From NCBI RefSeq assembly GCF_009914755.1, contig NC_060936.1: a stretch of 64,000 nt of DNA. The stretch is one strand, 5' to 3'. The DNA is from the human T2T-CHM13v2.0 reference genome, Homo sapiens. Of the stretch, positions 27,410 to 38,744 are shown piece after piece (position 1 is the first letter of the stretch; each line of letters opens with the position of its first letter). The notes beneath the pieces were generated by a model. It worked only from the letters and a program-made list of their open reading frames with translations, was not told where the DNA came from and searched no databases. A program made the translations under genes and the position numbers.

Positions 27410-27890
27410 AGGACAGATGATAACTTTGTTTTGGAACACGTAAGTTCTAATTTCTTGTGGGACGTCTATGTACATATCTAGTAGGCAGCTATAAAATCTA
27501 GTCTTAACTGAAATCTATTCTTAGCTATTCTTAGATAATTCTGGACCGAATAATTAAAAAAAACACCAAACTTTCACTGGGTCATCAAATGTGGATATGG
27601 TAAATGGGTTTTGTGTAGATATGTAGAATACATTAATGTAGATTGAGAAATAAGTTTATGTAGAAGATATATGTGTATTCCAGAATTATTTACGTTAAGG
27701 TGATATCGTTTGTGATGAATAGAAAAGATTACCAGAGAATGCCTAAATCCAAGTGAGAAGAGAACAAAGGATAGAAACTTGCAGCATAGCTACAATGAAG
27801 AAGAAGGTGAAAGGAGACTGTGAATTGGATAAAGAATCATCTGAAAAGTTGGAAAATCAGGATAGAATAATTTTGTTGAGGTTAATACAA
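27410..27890 (-). mobile_element. L2 fragment (continuation of the L2 split by the ERVL insertions)
   Basis: tttgttttggaacacgt..tctagtaggcagct; purine-rich L2 antisense text. Confidence 0.45.
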
Positions 27891-29225
27891 GAGTAAATTT
27901 CTATAGACAGTGACTTGCTCTCTCAAATGCATGTGTATTTTAGTGAATAAATATAATTAAGAGTTAATATATCCCATAGCTACATGTAGTGATTATAAAG
28001 CATATTCATGTCACTACAGATGATTAACAATGGACATTTATGCTATTATTATAAATTTGGGGAAATGATGCCTATGCAAGAGGTAATCATATGGTGATTA
28101 AGAACTAATAACATTTTCTTAGCAAAGAGCATGCTGTTATTCATATTATTTTTAATAGGATTCTTATAATCCATATTTTACTCAGCTTAATTATCAAATA
28201 TTTCCATAAGAGATTAACTTGTGGGTATCTTACAAACATAACTGTACTAAAAATATGACTTCATTAAACTAAAAGACAATTTTATTGCTACTTAATCTCT
28301 AGTGAAGGCATTATCAACATTTGTTAAATTGTATAACTTTGATAGAAAATTATTAGGCAAATTATCATATGACTCTGGGGTTTAAGATACATATCTTAAG
28401 CAAAGATTCTAATAAGTGTATGAAACTAATATATAGTATGTATAATAGGCAAAATAATGCCTTAGCTCTTAGTGAATTTCCTTTTTTCCTCAAAAACACA
28501 GTGGGTTTGTAGCTTACTACCACAGGCAGATTTAGACAACTGCAGGCTTGATACGCTCTCTGACTTTATGTCCTTATAACTATGTATTCAAACTTATAAA
28601 AATGTTATCAAAGAAAAATTTGACTAGTCTTTATTTATATTTTAAATTGGAAGCCAAATATTCTTGAATTGACAATATAACAAATTTACAGGCAGAGTTA
28701 GTGCCTAATAGACATAATTTTCTTTCAGATGTTTGGATAATTTTTTTCTCAAAGTTAGGTTAAAGTTTGACATAAGAACACAAAATTCCCTTTTATCATT
28801 AGGATCATATAAAATCCCTAACCTAAAGAAAGAGGAAAAAGCAGGAGGACCTTCCACTGCTCACATACAACACTTTACTTGTTCTTGTCAAGTTAAAAGA
28901 GTGATCAGACTCTCAAGAGAGTGCTGCTTGGGGTTCGACTGTGTTCTTTAGAACTCCATTTTTCAAACTTTAGAGTTTTCTCATGATGTGTAAATTTTGT
29001 GGTGCACCAAAAATTTTGAAAAAGTTTAGTTCAAACTCAATTTATCTTAGTCGTAGTAGCTCTTGCCTGGCTTTCTGCCCAGAGTATTGCTTGGTACCTC
29101 TGCAAAAGTGGTGCAGTAACTACTAAGGAAGCAATACAATAGTTAAATACAGATGTAAAGCCTAGCTTGCTTTTTGATTTTTTAATGCGTATCATAAAAA
29201 GTAGCATTTAGTTGGAGAAAATATT

Positions 29226-30150
29226 AACAAACCATGCATTCAACAAAGGTCTAATGTCCAGAATCTATAAGGAACTTAAATCAACAAGCAGAAAACAAAT
29301 AATCCTGTTAAAAAGTGGGCAAATGACATGAACAGACACTTCTGAAAAGAAGATATACATGTGGCCAACAAACATATGAAAAAATGCTCAACATCACTAA
29401 TCATCAGAGAAATGCAAATCAAACCCAAAATGAGATGCCATCTCACACCATTTAGAATAGCTATTATTTAAAAGTCAAAAATAACAGATGTTGGCGAGGC
29501 TGCAGAGAAATGGGAACTCTTATACGCTGTTGGCAGAAATGTAACATAGTTCAGCCCCTGTTGAAAGCAGTTTGGAGATTTCTCAAAGAACTAAAAATGG
29601 AACTACCATTCAATCCAGAAATCCCATTACTGGGTATATACCCCAAAGAAAATCATTCCACCAAAAAGACAAAGGCACTTGTATGCTCATTGCAGTACTA
29701 TTCACAATAGCAAAGACATGGAATCAACCTAGGTGCCCATCCATGGTGGACTGGATAAAGAAAGTGTGGTACATAATCACCATGGAATACTATGCTGCTA
29801 TAAAAAAGAATGAAATAATATTCTTTGCAACAACTCGGATGGAGCTGGAGGTCATTATCCTAAGTGAATTAATACAGAAACATAAAACTAAATACTACAT
29901 GTTCTCACTTATAAGTGGGAGCTAAACAGTGGGTACACACAAACATAAAGATGGAAACAATAGACACTGGAGACTACAATAAGAGGGAGGAAGTGGGGGA
30001 AGGGTTGAAAAACTATTTACTGGGTACTATGCTCACTACCTGGGTGATGAATTCAATCATATACCAAACCTCAGCAATGCACATTATAGTCTTGTAACAA
30101 ACCTGCACATGTGCACCCTGAATCTAGGGTAAAGGTTGAATTTTTTAAAA
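29226..30150 (+). mobile_element. L1PA15-17/L1PB-like LINE-1 3' end
   Basis: ORF 29572..29925 ends in L1 ORF2 C-terminus (FTIAKTWNQPRCPS..YYAAIKKNE..MFSLISGS); typical 3'UTR gtaacaaacctgcacatgt. Confidence 0.92.
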
Positions 30151-31004
30151 GTAAAATTTAGCAGCCAGAGGTATGTTATTTAACAAATGATTAAAAATTA
30201 TATGAATGATTTAGGTGTTTAAATTAATCCAGAATACAAAAAATATTCCAGCATAAATTTTTGTTTATAGAAAGTTTAATTTCACAAATAAAAGTTATTT
30301 GTTCATTTATGTTTTTTAAGTATGTAATGAAGACTAAAGGAAATAGAGTGGACACATGTACTTTCTATTGATAGTCACTACATTTTTTAGTTATTTATTT
30401 GGAGATAATAGTTGAAGGCAACTTATCATATAAATTAATTTTGTTAATTTGTTGTAATGATTACACAGATCAAATCATGGCTTCTCTTCTCTTTCTGCTT
30501 GGGCTTTCTTTTCTGTATTAGGCTCTGAGATACTTGAAGCAATTTAAGGGAGTGATTCTTGCCCCGTTATGAGTTCAGTTAACCAGGCAAGCCAATATGG
30601 TGGCCAATGACAATTTTCCAAAGAGTGAGAAGTTAGGGATCATGTGTCTCCTAGGTAATGGAGATTTCATAAATGGGTTATGTACAGCACTGAATCCAAA
30701 GGAGACCTGATTAGAGAAAGGGCCAGAAAAGTGTTATTTAAAACTTTCACAGTTTACTCTTTAATTTTGTATATACACAGTGTTATAAATAAATATTTGA
30801 AATGCTTTTCTATTGGTTTAATGTGGGAAGCTGAGTAGTGCAGGAATCTGAGAGAACTGCACTCAGGAACAGTAGCTCATATTCAGCCTCATTCTGGCAT
30901 GAGCATGGACACAGAAGAAAGTAGTTATGGCTCATTTCCATTTTTATAAAAAACAATTATTTTCTAACATTTAATAAGAGGTTAGAAATACAGAATCTTT
31001 CTAC

Positions 31005-31552
31005 CAGTTAAAACATTTGGGATTGCAAGTAACAGAAACCCTAATTCAAACTAGATTAAACAATAGAAGGGATTGTTCACATAAATGAAAAGTCCCATGG
31101 AGGTGAAGGAAGCTTTAGAATTGATTTGATCAAAGTTTCAGCTCCATTTCTCTGCATTATATCAACTTAGTTTTACTGTCTGCATCTGCTTTGTCCTCAG
31201 ACTGGTTTCCTTTACAGTCACAAATTAGTTGTTAAAAGCAGGAGGGGTTACAGGCTTCATCACTTATAGGAAGTTCTTCCTGACAACTATCGAACAATTG
31301 TCCTGAGGTTTGTACTTGTTGGATAATCCCTGAAATAATTCATATGATTAGGGTAATGCTATGATTGGGCTAGGACAGGGTTGTCCACTCACAATAACTG
31401 TGTCAAGGAGGTTGGGGTAACTTTTAGCTTAGACCAATCAGGACTCACCCTTAGAAAAGGGATGGGGTCAATCTCATTGAACACGGCTGAAAGCTACACA
31501 ATGGGGTGAGGGTAAAATGCATGTTTGAGTAACAACTGCCAGGTCCACTGTA
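31005..31552 (-). mobile_element. MLT1K/L-like MaLR LTR
   Basis: ttgcaagtaacagaaaccctaattcaaactag..ttaaac; gaccaatcagga; ends gtccactgta. Confidence 0.7.
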
Positions 31553-31631
31553 GTATACTCTTGTGCTCCCCAACCATTGTAATTAACATGTATCTTTCTT
31601 TTCCCCACTCTCTCTCTCACTCCACAATATG

Positions 31632-32012
31632 TGATATGGCTTGGCTCTGTGTCCCTACCCAGATCTCATCTCCAATAGTTATCCCCATGTGTTGAGGAAG
31701 GGACCTGTGATCCCCATGTGTTGAGGGAAGGAAGTGATTGGATTATGGGGGTGGTTCCCCCATGCTGTTATCGTGATAGTGAGCGAATTTTCATGAGATC
31801 TAATGGTTTTATACGTGTTTGACAGTTCCTCCTTCACAGGCTCATGCTCTCTCTCTCACCTGCCGCCATGTAAGATGTGTCTGCTTCTCCTTCTGCCATG
31901 ATTGTAAGTTTCCTGAGGCCTCCCCAGCCGTGCAAACCTGTGAGTCAATTTCCTTTATAAATTACCCAGTGTTTGGAAGTTCTTTATAGCAGTAAGAAAT
32001 TGGACTAATACA
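31632..32012 (+). mobile_element. THE1D-like solo LTR
   Basis: tgatatggcttggctctgtg...ggactaataca; TSD atatg/atatg. Confidence 0.92.
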
Positions 32013-32070
32013 ATATGTTAGGTTTACCTGGAATTCCTTCCTTATGGTCTAGCAACTAACAACAAATGTT

Positions 32071-32181
32071 AATAAATGCAAAAAGCAATAAATGTAAAAA
32101 GCAATGAAAAAGAAATGCAAAAAGCAATGAAAAAATAAATGCAAAAAGAAATGAAAAATGCAAAAAGCAATGAAAAAGAAA
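32071..32181 (+). repeat. A-rich minisatellite (AAATGCAAAAAGCAATGAAAAAG-type units)
   Basis: Repeated aatgcaaaaag / caatgaaaaa blocks over ~110 bp. Confidence 0.85.
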
Positions 32182-32227
32182 GGTCAAAATCACTGCAATA
32201 AAAACTCCCAATTAAAGAGGGGACACA

Positions 32228-32519
32228 GGCTGGGCACAGTGGCTCACTCCTGTAATCCCAGCACTTTGGGAGGCTGAGGTAGGCGGATCACCAGAGCTTG
32301 GGAGTTCGAGACCAGCCTGACCAATATGGAGACACACTGTCTCTACTAAAAATACAAAATTAGCTGGGTGTGGTGGCACATGCCTGTAATCCCAGCTACT
32401 CGGGAGGCTGGGGCAGGAGAATTGCTTAAATCGGGAGGTGGAGGTTGCGGTGAGCTGAGATGGCACCATTGCACTCCAGCCTGGGCAACAAAAGCGAAAC
32501 TCTGTCTAAAAAAAAAAAA
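32228..32519 (+). mobile_element. AluSp
   Basis: ctgaccaatatggag, gttgcggtg, ccattgcac, ggcaacaaaagcgaaact; TSD gggacaca. Confidence 0.92.
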
Positions 32520-33809
32520 GGGACACAGTGGTTTCTGATCCCTGTCATATTCTGTAGACAGGAATAATGAGGACTGTTGGCTGGCAGTGGTATGTGTTCT
32601 TTCAGCAGTTACTCTTTTGCTCTCTATGTCCTCCACTGCCCTATCTGAGATGGTCATTGGGGAAGATCCTCTTTTTGGGAGGTTGCATCATTTTGCTAGC
32701 TCATCTCCTATTAGGTTGAGTTTAGATATTTGAGGATACTCCTAAGATTAAATAGTCACAGGCTATCATCAGTCAGCCTTGAGATTTATTTAACAATACA
32801 TTTTCCCTTAAATATTAGGTTTTAGAACTATTTGCTTCTTGTTATTTCTGTAGGCAAGTAACCATGGCAAAGACCATGTCTAGCCCTAGTTTTTTATCTT
32901 GGAATTTCTGTTTCCTAGTAATCCTTCATGTTCTGCTGGTCTAAATTTAGTTTAATAGCTTATCCCGATATCTTCACTGGGGATATTTAAAAAATGAACT
33001 TGCATGGTAGAGGGAAAGGCAATAACGTTTTATTCCTTATCTCCATAATGGGCATGGTATCTCTAGTAAACTTCGTAACGAACATGATTCTCCCTTTCGT
33101 TAAGCAGAACATTAAATTTTTCCACCTTTGGCATGCTATGATTACTGAAATTTTAGACATTTCAGGTTTGAAATTTGAAGGGTGCTATTTCTAAGTGTGT
33201 AGGCTACAGGGTTTGCTAGCTTCTTATAACCTTGCTCACGTAAGGTAGGAGCCGTCTCTGAAATACATTACCCAATTTACATATGGTGAGCATCATTGAT
33301 TCATTAATGGAGAGTCAATTTATAACTTCCATTACCTAAATTAACGAACCACAAATTTCACCCATTAAAACCTATTTTTAACATTAATTTTATTGATTAG
33401 CAAGGTCTCCAGTAATGGGAAATAATAATAAGCACTAATGGTGGCTACATTTGGAGTGCAGCTCTTCTGATTACCTATCAACCTGGAGTATAAATTCTAT
33501 ATGATGGCAACTGACAATCATTAGAGGGTAGGGTAAATCTGGAAACACACATGTACATTTATATCAAATTATATACACTAAAGTCTTTTAAGGTGAAGTA
33601 TAATAATAACAAATTTAAACTGACTTAACTAATATTCAGTACCAGTGAGGGTAAGTAGAAAAATCAAGCTCTGTATTAATTTGACCTAAAAGCTGCCATA
33701 ACAGAAGAAACCAGTAGATTAAAAGGAAGGAGGCAGAAAAGTGTTTATTTAAAACCTTCACAGTTTACTGTTTATGTCCTTCTTCTTATATACAAAGTTA
33801 TAAATCTTT

Positions 33810-34144
33810 GCTTATTTGATCAGGGTTCCAGCTTTTTTATTTTCTTGGTTACAAGATGACTGCCCTCAGTAACAAGAACCACATGCTTTCTCATTTATCA
33901 AGGGAGAGAAAGGAGCCACAGCCCACAATTTTGGGGCTAAAGTCCTGTAATTGGTGCCAATTTGCTCAACCCTGAACAACATCTTGTGGCCAGGGGAACA
34001 ACGTAGGTTGGGATTGGGTTATCTTAACTGGACTAACTTTGGAGATAAAGGTGAGGTTAATTTCACCTCAATTTCTTAGGTGTACTATGCACAATGTGGG
34101 AAGAGTGGAATAAATGTTGGGATTGCAACTACAGTGTCCATGAT
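33810..34144 (-). mobile_element. Second MLT1K/L-like LTR remnant
   Basis: Colinear similarity to 31120-31552 (tttgatca..ttccagct; acaatg(t)gg..aatgtt..caact..gtcca). Confidence 0.55.
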
Positions 34145-34214
34145 AATCACTTTCAAAGCATATATATATGTAACAACTATATTGTTAGTTGCAGTTAAAC
34201 TAGATCTAAGAATA

Positions 34215-34657
34215 TGTAATTGTGTCTGACATAATTTTTTATGTTTGATTCTTAACAAGTTTTAAGTCCGGCTCCTCACCTGTTCCCTTTTGTATGATAC
34301 CTGAATCTAGGCAACTTGATGAGAAAGCTTGCCTAGATCCAAATATGGTGCAAAATAGGTATTTCCTATTTTGGTGCTGGTGGAAAATTTGAGCCATACA
34401 GTCCCTGCCCTGTGTGGGCTTTCTCGCCCAAGCGCCATGTCCTAGCCATGAAAAAAATCCCAATAGCTTTTTCTCCTACTCTCTCAAGTCATTTTAAAAC
34501 CTGCTTAGGAGGTCTGCTGTACTCTTCCTAGAAAGGCTCATTATGTGAGTAATAAACCTTTTTATACCCTGTTGGTGCATATGTGGTATGCTAAGTCTTG
34601 AAATAGGAGCCAAAGTTTGGGTGAGGGTTCATCTCATTTCTGTGGGTGACTGCAACA
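34215..34657 (+). mobile_element. MER90/MER90a-like LTR
   Basis: tgtaattgtgtctgacataa..gattcttaacaa; cattatgtgagtaataaacctttt; ends tgcaaca. Confidence 0.7.
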
Positions 34658-34699
34658 GCACATAAACTTCAATGGTAGTTTAAATTCCTGCAACCTATC

Positions 34700-36005
<1,306 letters not shown>

Positions 36006-36152
36006 AGAAGGTCACAAACTATTAGGAAAATGGGCTTGCAGATACATGTACAACAAAGAATAATAATTGAAGATGGCTCATGGAAAAAGTATTCTGAAAA
36101 GTAAGAGAGGCACATGTTCTAGAGAGACAAGAAAAGGCACAATAGAGAAATT

Positions 36153-36648
36153 AGAGCCCTCATACATTGCTGGTGAGAAAGTAAAATGGTACAGCCACTT
36201 TGGAAAACAGTGTGGTAGTTCCACAAGGGGTTAAACATAGAGTTACCATATGACCCCGCAATTCCACTCTTAGGTATATATCCAAGAGAAATGAGAACAT
36301 ATGTTGACACGAAAACTTGTACATGAATGTCAACAGGAGCATTATTCATAATATTCAAAAAGCTGAAACAACCCAACCGATGAAGGGACTTTGAAAACAT
36401 GTTAAGTGAAAGAAGCCAGTCACAAAAGACCACACATTGCATGATTCCATTTATATGAAATGTTCAAGATAGACAAATGCATACAGACGGAAAGTGGATT
36501 ACTGGTTGCCTAGGGCTGGGGAGAGGAGGGAGAAGTTGGGGCCAAAGGGTATGGGGTTTCTTTTTGGGGCTGTGAAAATACTCTAAAATCGAATGTGGTA
36601 AAGCATGCATAACTCTGTGAATATACTAAAATCACTGAATTGTTTATA
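36153..36648 (+). mobile_element. L1MB-type LINE-1 3' fragment
   Basis: catacattgctggtg..gagttaccatatgaccccgcaattccactc..agtgaaagaagccagtcacaaaagacc. Confidence 0.88.
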
Positions 36649-36739
36649 AAGAAAAAGATTACTGTGGGGAAGGAAGAAAGATTTCATGGAGTTGGTAGGA
36701 TTTGAATTCACTGATAAATAAGTGATATAAAAAGCAAAG

Positions 36740-36960
36740 TGATGTGCTATAGTGAATAAACAAGCCCTTCTGTTGGGCAGATCTGGCTTTAAATCCACTT
36801 GGTCAATTTACACTTCCTAAATCTGTAACCTCATCTAAAGTGTAAATATATTAATATACCTACTTTGTAAAATTATTGTGGTAAGTTATATATGGGATTT
36901 AAAATATTTAATCTAATGCCAGGCACATAGCAAATATTAATAATAAATATTAGTTACTTA
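36740..36960 (+). mobile_element. MIR SINE
   Basis: agatctggctttaaatcc, cctcatct, atacctac, tgccaggcacatag..aataaatattag. Confidence 0.65.
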
Positions 36961-37599
36961 TTATAAATCTGTTTAGTATGGAATACAGTTTAGTATTGAA
37001 TATCGGGACAGAGTGAACATGTAAGTACATCAATGGGAAGGAACTCCCAGAAACTTATCTGGTTTCCAGCAGAAAGAGATATGAGAGACAAAATAATATA
37101 AAGGTAACCTTACTAAGTTTAAGAAATATTTATGAATACCTTTTTTCTAACTACTAGACACTTTGCTAGACTGCTGGATACACAAAGACAAATGAGAAGT
37201 GAGTAGATTGCTGGATATACAAGTGAGAAGTGGTCCTTGACTTGGTAGTCTAGTAGACAGATAAAAAAATATGTGTAAGAAAGCATTATATTTCTTACAA
37301 TAGAAATGTTTTTTGTATGCATAAAGAAGGGGGTGGGCTGGAAAAATAATGTAGTCAAGGTGACTTGCTCAATACTGAAACTGCTCATTAACTACTTAGG
37401 CCAGCACTTATGGCAGACTTGTCAGGATGCCTTGCTAATATTTTCCACTTCCAGTACAGAACAGAGATTACAGGTTTAAGCCAATTTTGTTCAACAGATG
37501 AGAAACCCAGTGTCCAAGGATGAAAGACTACTTGTTATACAAGGAATGTGAATATTCCAGAGATTTATGCTCAAAGTCCCCAGGTTAGTGTCTTTCTTT

Positions 37600-37726
37600 C
37601 TCACTAGACTGTAAGCTTCTTGAAGACAAATATCTTGAGTGTTACCTTGCTCACTCTTGAATTGTCAAAACTTGGCCCAGGACTAGGTATGTGGTATACA
37701 ATCAATAAAAATTTGTTGAATGAATG
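37600..37726 (+). mobile_element. L2 3' terminus
   Basis: ctagactgtaagcttcttgaagac..caataaaaatttgttgaatgaatg. Confidence 0.7.
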
Positions 37727-38479
37727 TTCTTCAAAATCCTTCCATGGCAAAAACAGAAGAAACATTCACGAGTGGACTGCTAGTTGACTGTTTCTCTCAT
37801 CGCTATTGACAGTCTGAAATGGACAAAGACATCTATATAATCATTCCTTCCTTTCAAATAAATAATCTGTGAATTACGCTATTCTTTTCCTATTGCTTCA
37901 GGACAAGCTATTTGACAGAAAGCTTTTAAGAAAGGCTTTGCAAGAAAACTCTGCAACAGAGATGGCACGTATGAATTGCTGTGATCTGGAGTTGAAGACA
38001 AGAACAAAAGTAACTCTAGAGCAGAATTCTTTGACCAAAGTCATCTTACTGGTTGGCGGAGGCTCTCAGTCTACTTGCATCCGGTGCTTGAGAGTTCAGA
38101 CAGGCAAAGATGAGAGGTAGCATCTAGTCAACATCCATTTCTTGAGCACTTACTACATGTCAGCCACTTTGCTTAGTCCCCGGTTTTACTGTGCTCTGCT
38201 AGGAAGTGGTGAAGAGATTCGGCGGGATCTTCTTAGGACCAATCCTACAAAGTTCCAGATGGAACTCATTTTGATTTGGGGGACGGTTTATTTGCAGGGA
38301 TTAGGTGGAGAAACAGGGCCTGCTACTCAAGAGGAATGAGAAACTGTAACTAACAGGAGGTAGACTGGGAAGGAGCATGGCAAAGTCACCCCTTTTCACA
38401 GGGCAACCCTCCAAAGACCACGCTCAAGCTGGGGTGGCAGGGCTCTGAACATGGGGCCCCGACCCGGGCCTCGGCCTGG

Positions 38480-38555
38480 GGCCACGTGACGCGCGTGTTT
38501 ACGTTGAGTGACGGGCGCTGTGTTGGGCGGGCCTTGGCGGAAATCAACTTCCGGG
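38480..38555 (+). promoter_or_regulatory. Proximal promoter motif cluster: E-box, GC box, E2F-like site, ETS site
   Basis: CACGTGAC 38483-90 (USF/MiT-TFE type), GGGCGG 38525-30, TTGGCGGAAA 38534-43, ACTTCCGG 38547-54 (CCGGAAGT on minus). Confidence 0.7.
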
Positions 38556-38744
38556 GGCAGAGGTGTTCGAAGCCGGGTGGTGCGTGGGCTACCCCAACCT
38601 GTGTGGCTGGGCCGCGGTCTCCCCTCAAGGGCCTGGGGCCGTGCCTCGGGTGTACGCGTAGGGGTCTGTGTGCTGGGGGTGGCTCACCGGGCAGCGTGGG
38701 TGAGCGGCGCAGCGGCGGCAGCGGAGAGCGAGAGAGGGGAGCAG
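38555..38744 (+). other. CCDC91: Non-coding first exon (5'UTR) of a + strand gene, tentatively CCDC91; start approximate
   Basis: Perfect donor CAG|GTAAGT at 38744/38745 inside the CpG island; no ATG in the exon. The exon call is well supported; the gene identity rests only on my unverified recollection that IFT57P1 lies upstream of CCDC91. Confidence 0.55.

Noticed and set aside
25915-32012. Two THE1 LTRs as ends of one provirus
   Set aside because: Each has its own distinct 5-bp TSD and no THE1 internal sequence lies between them
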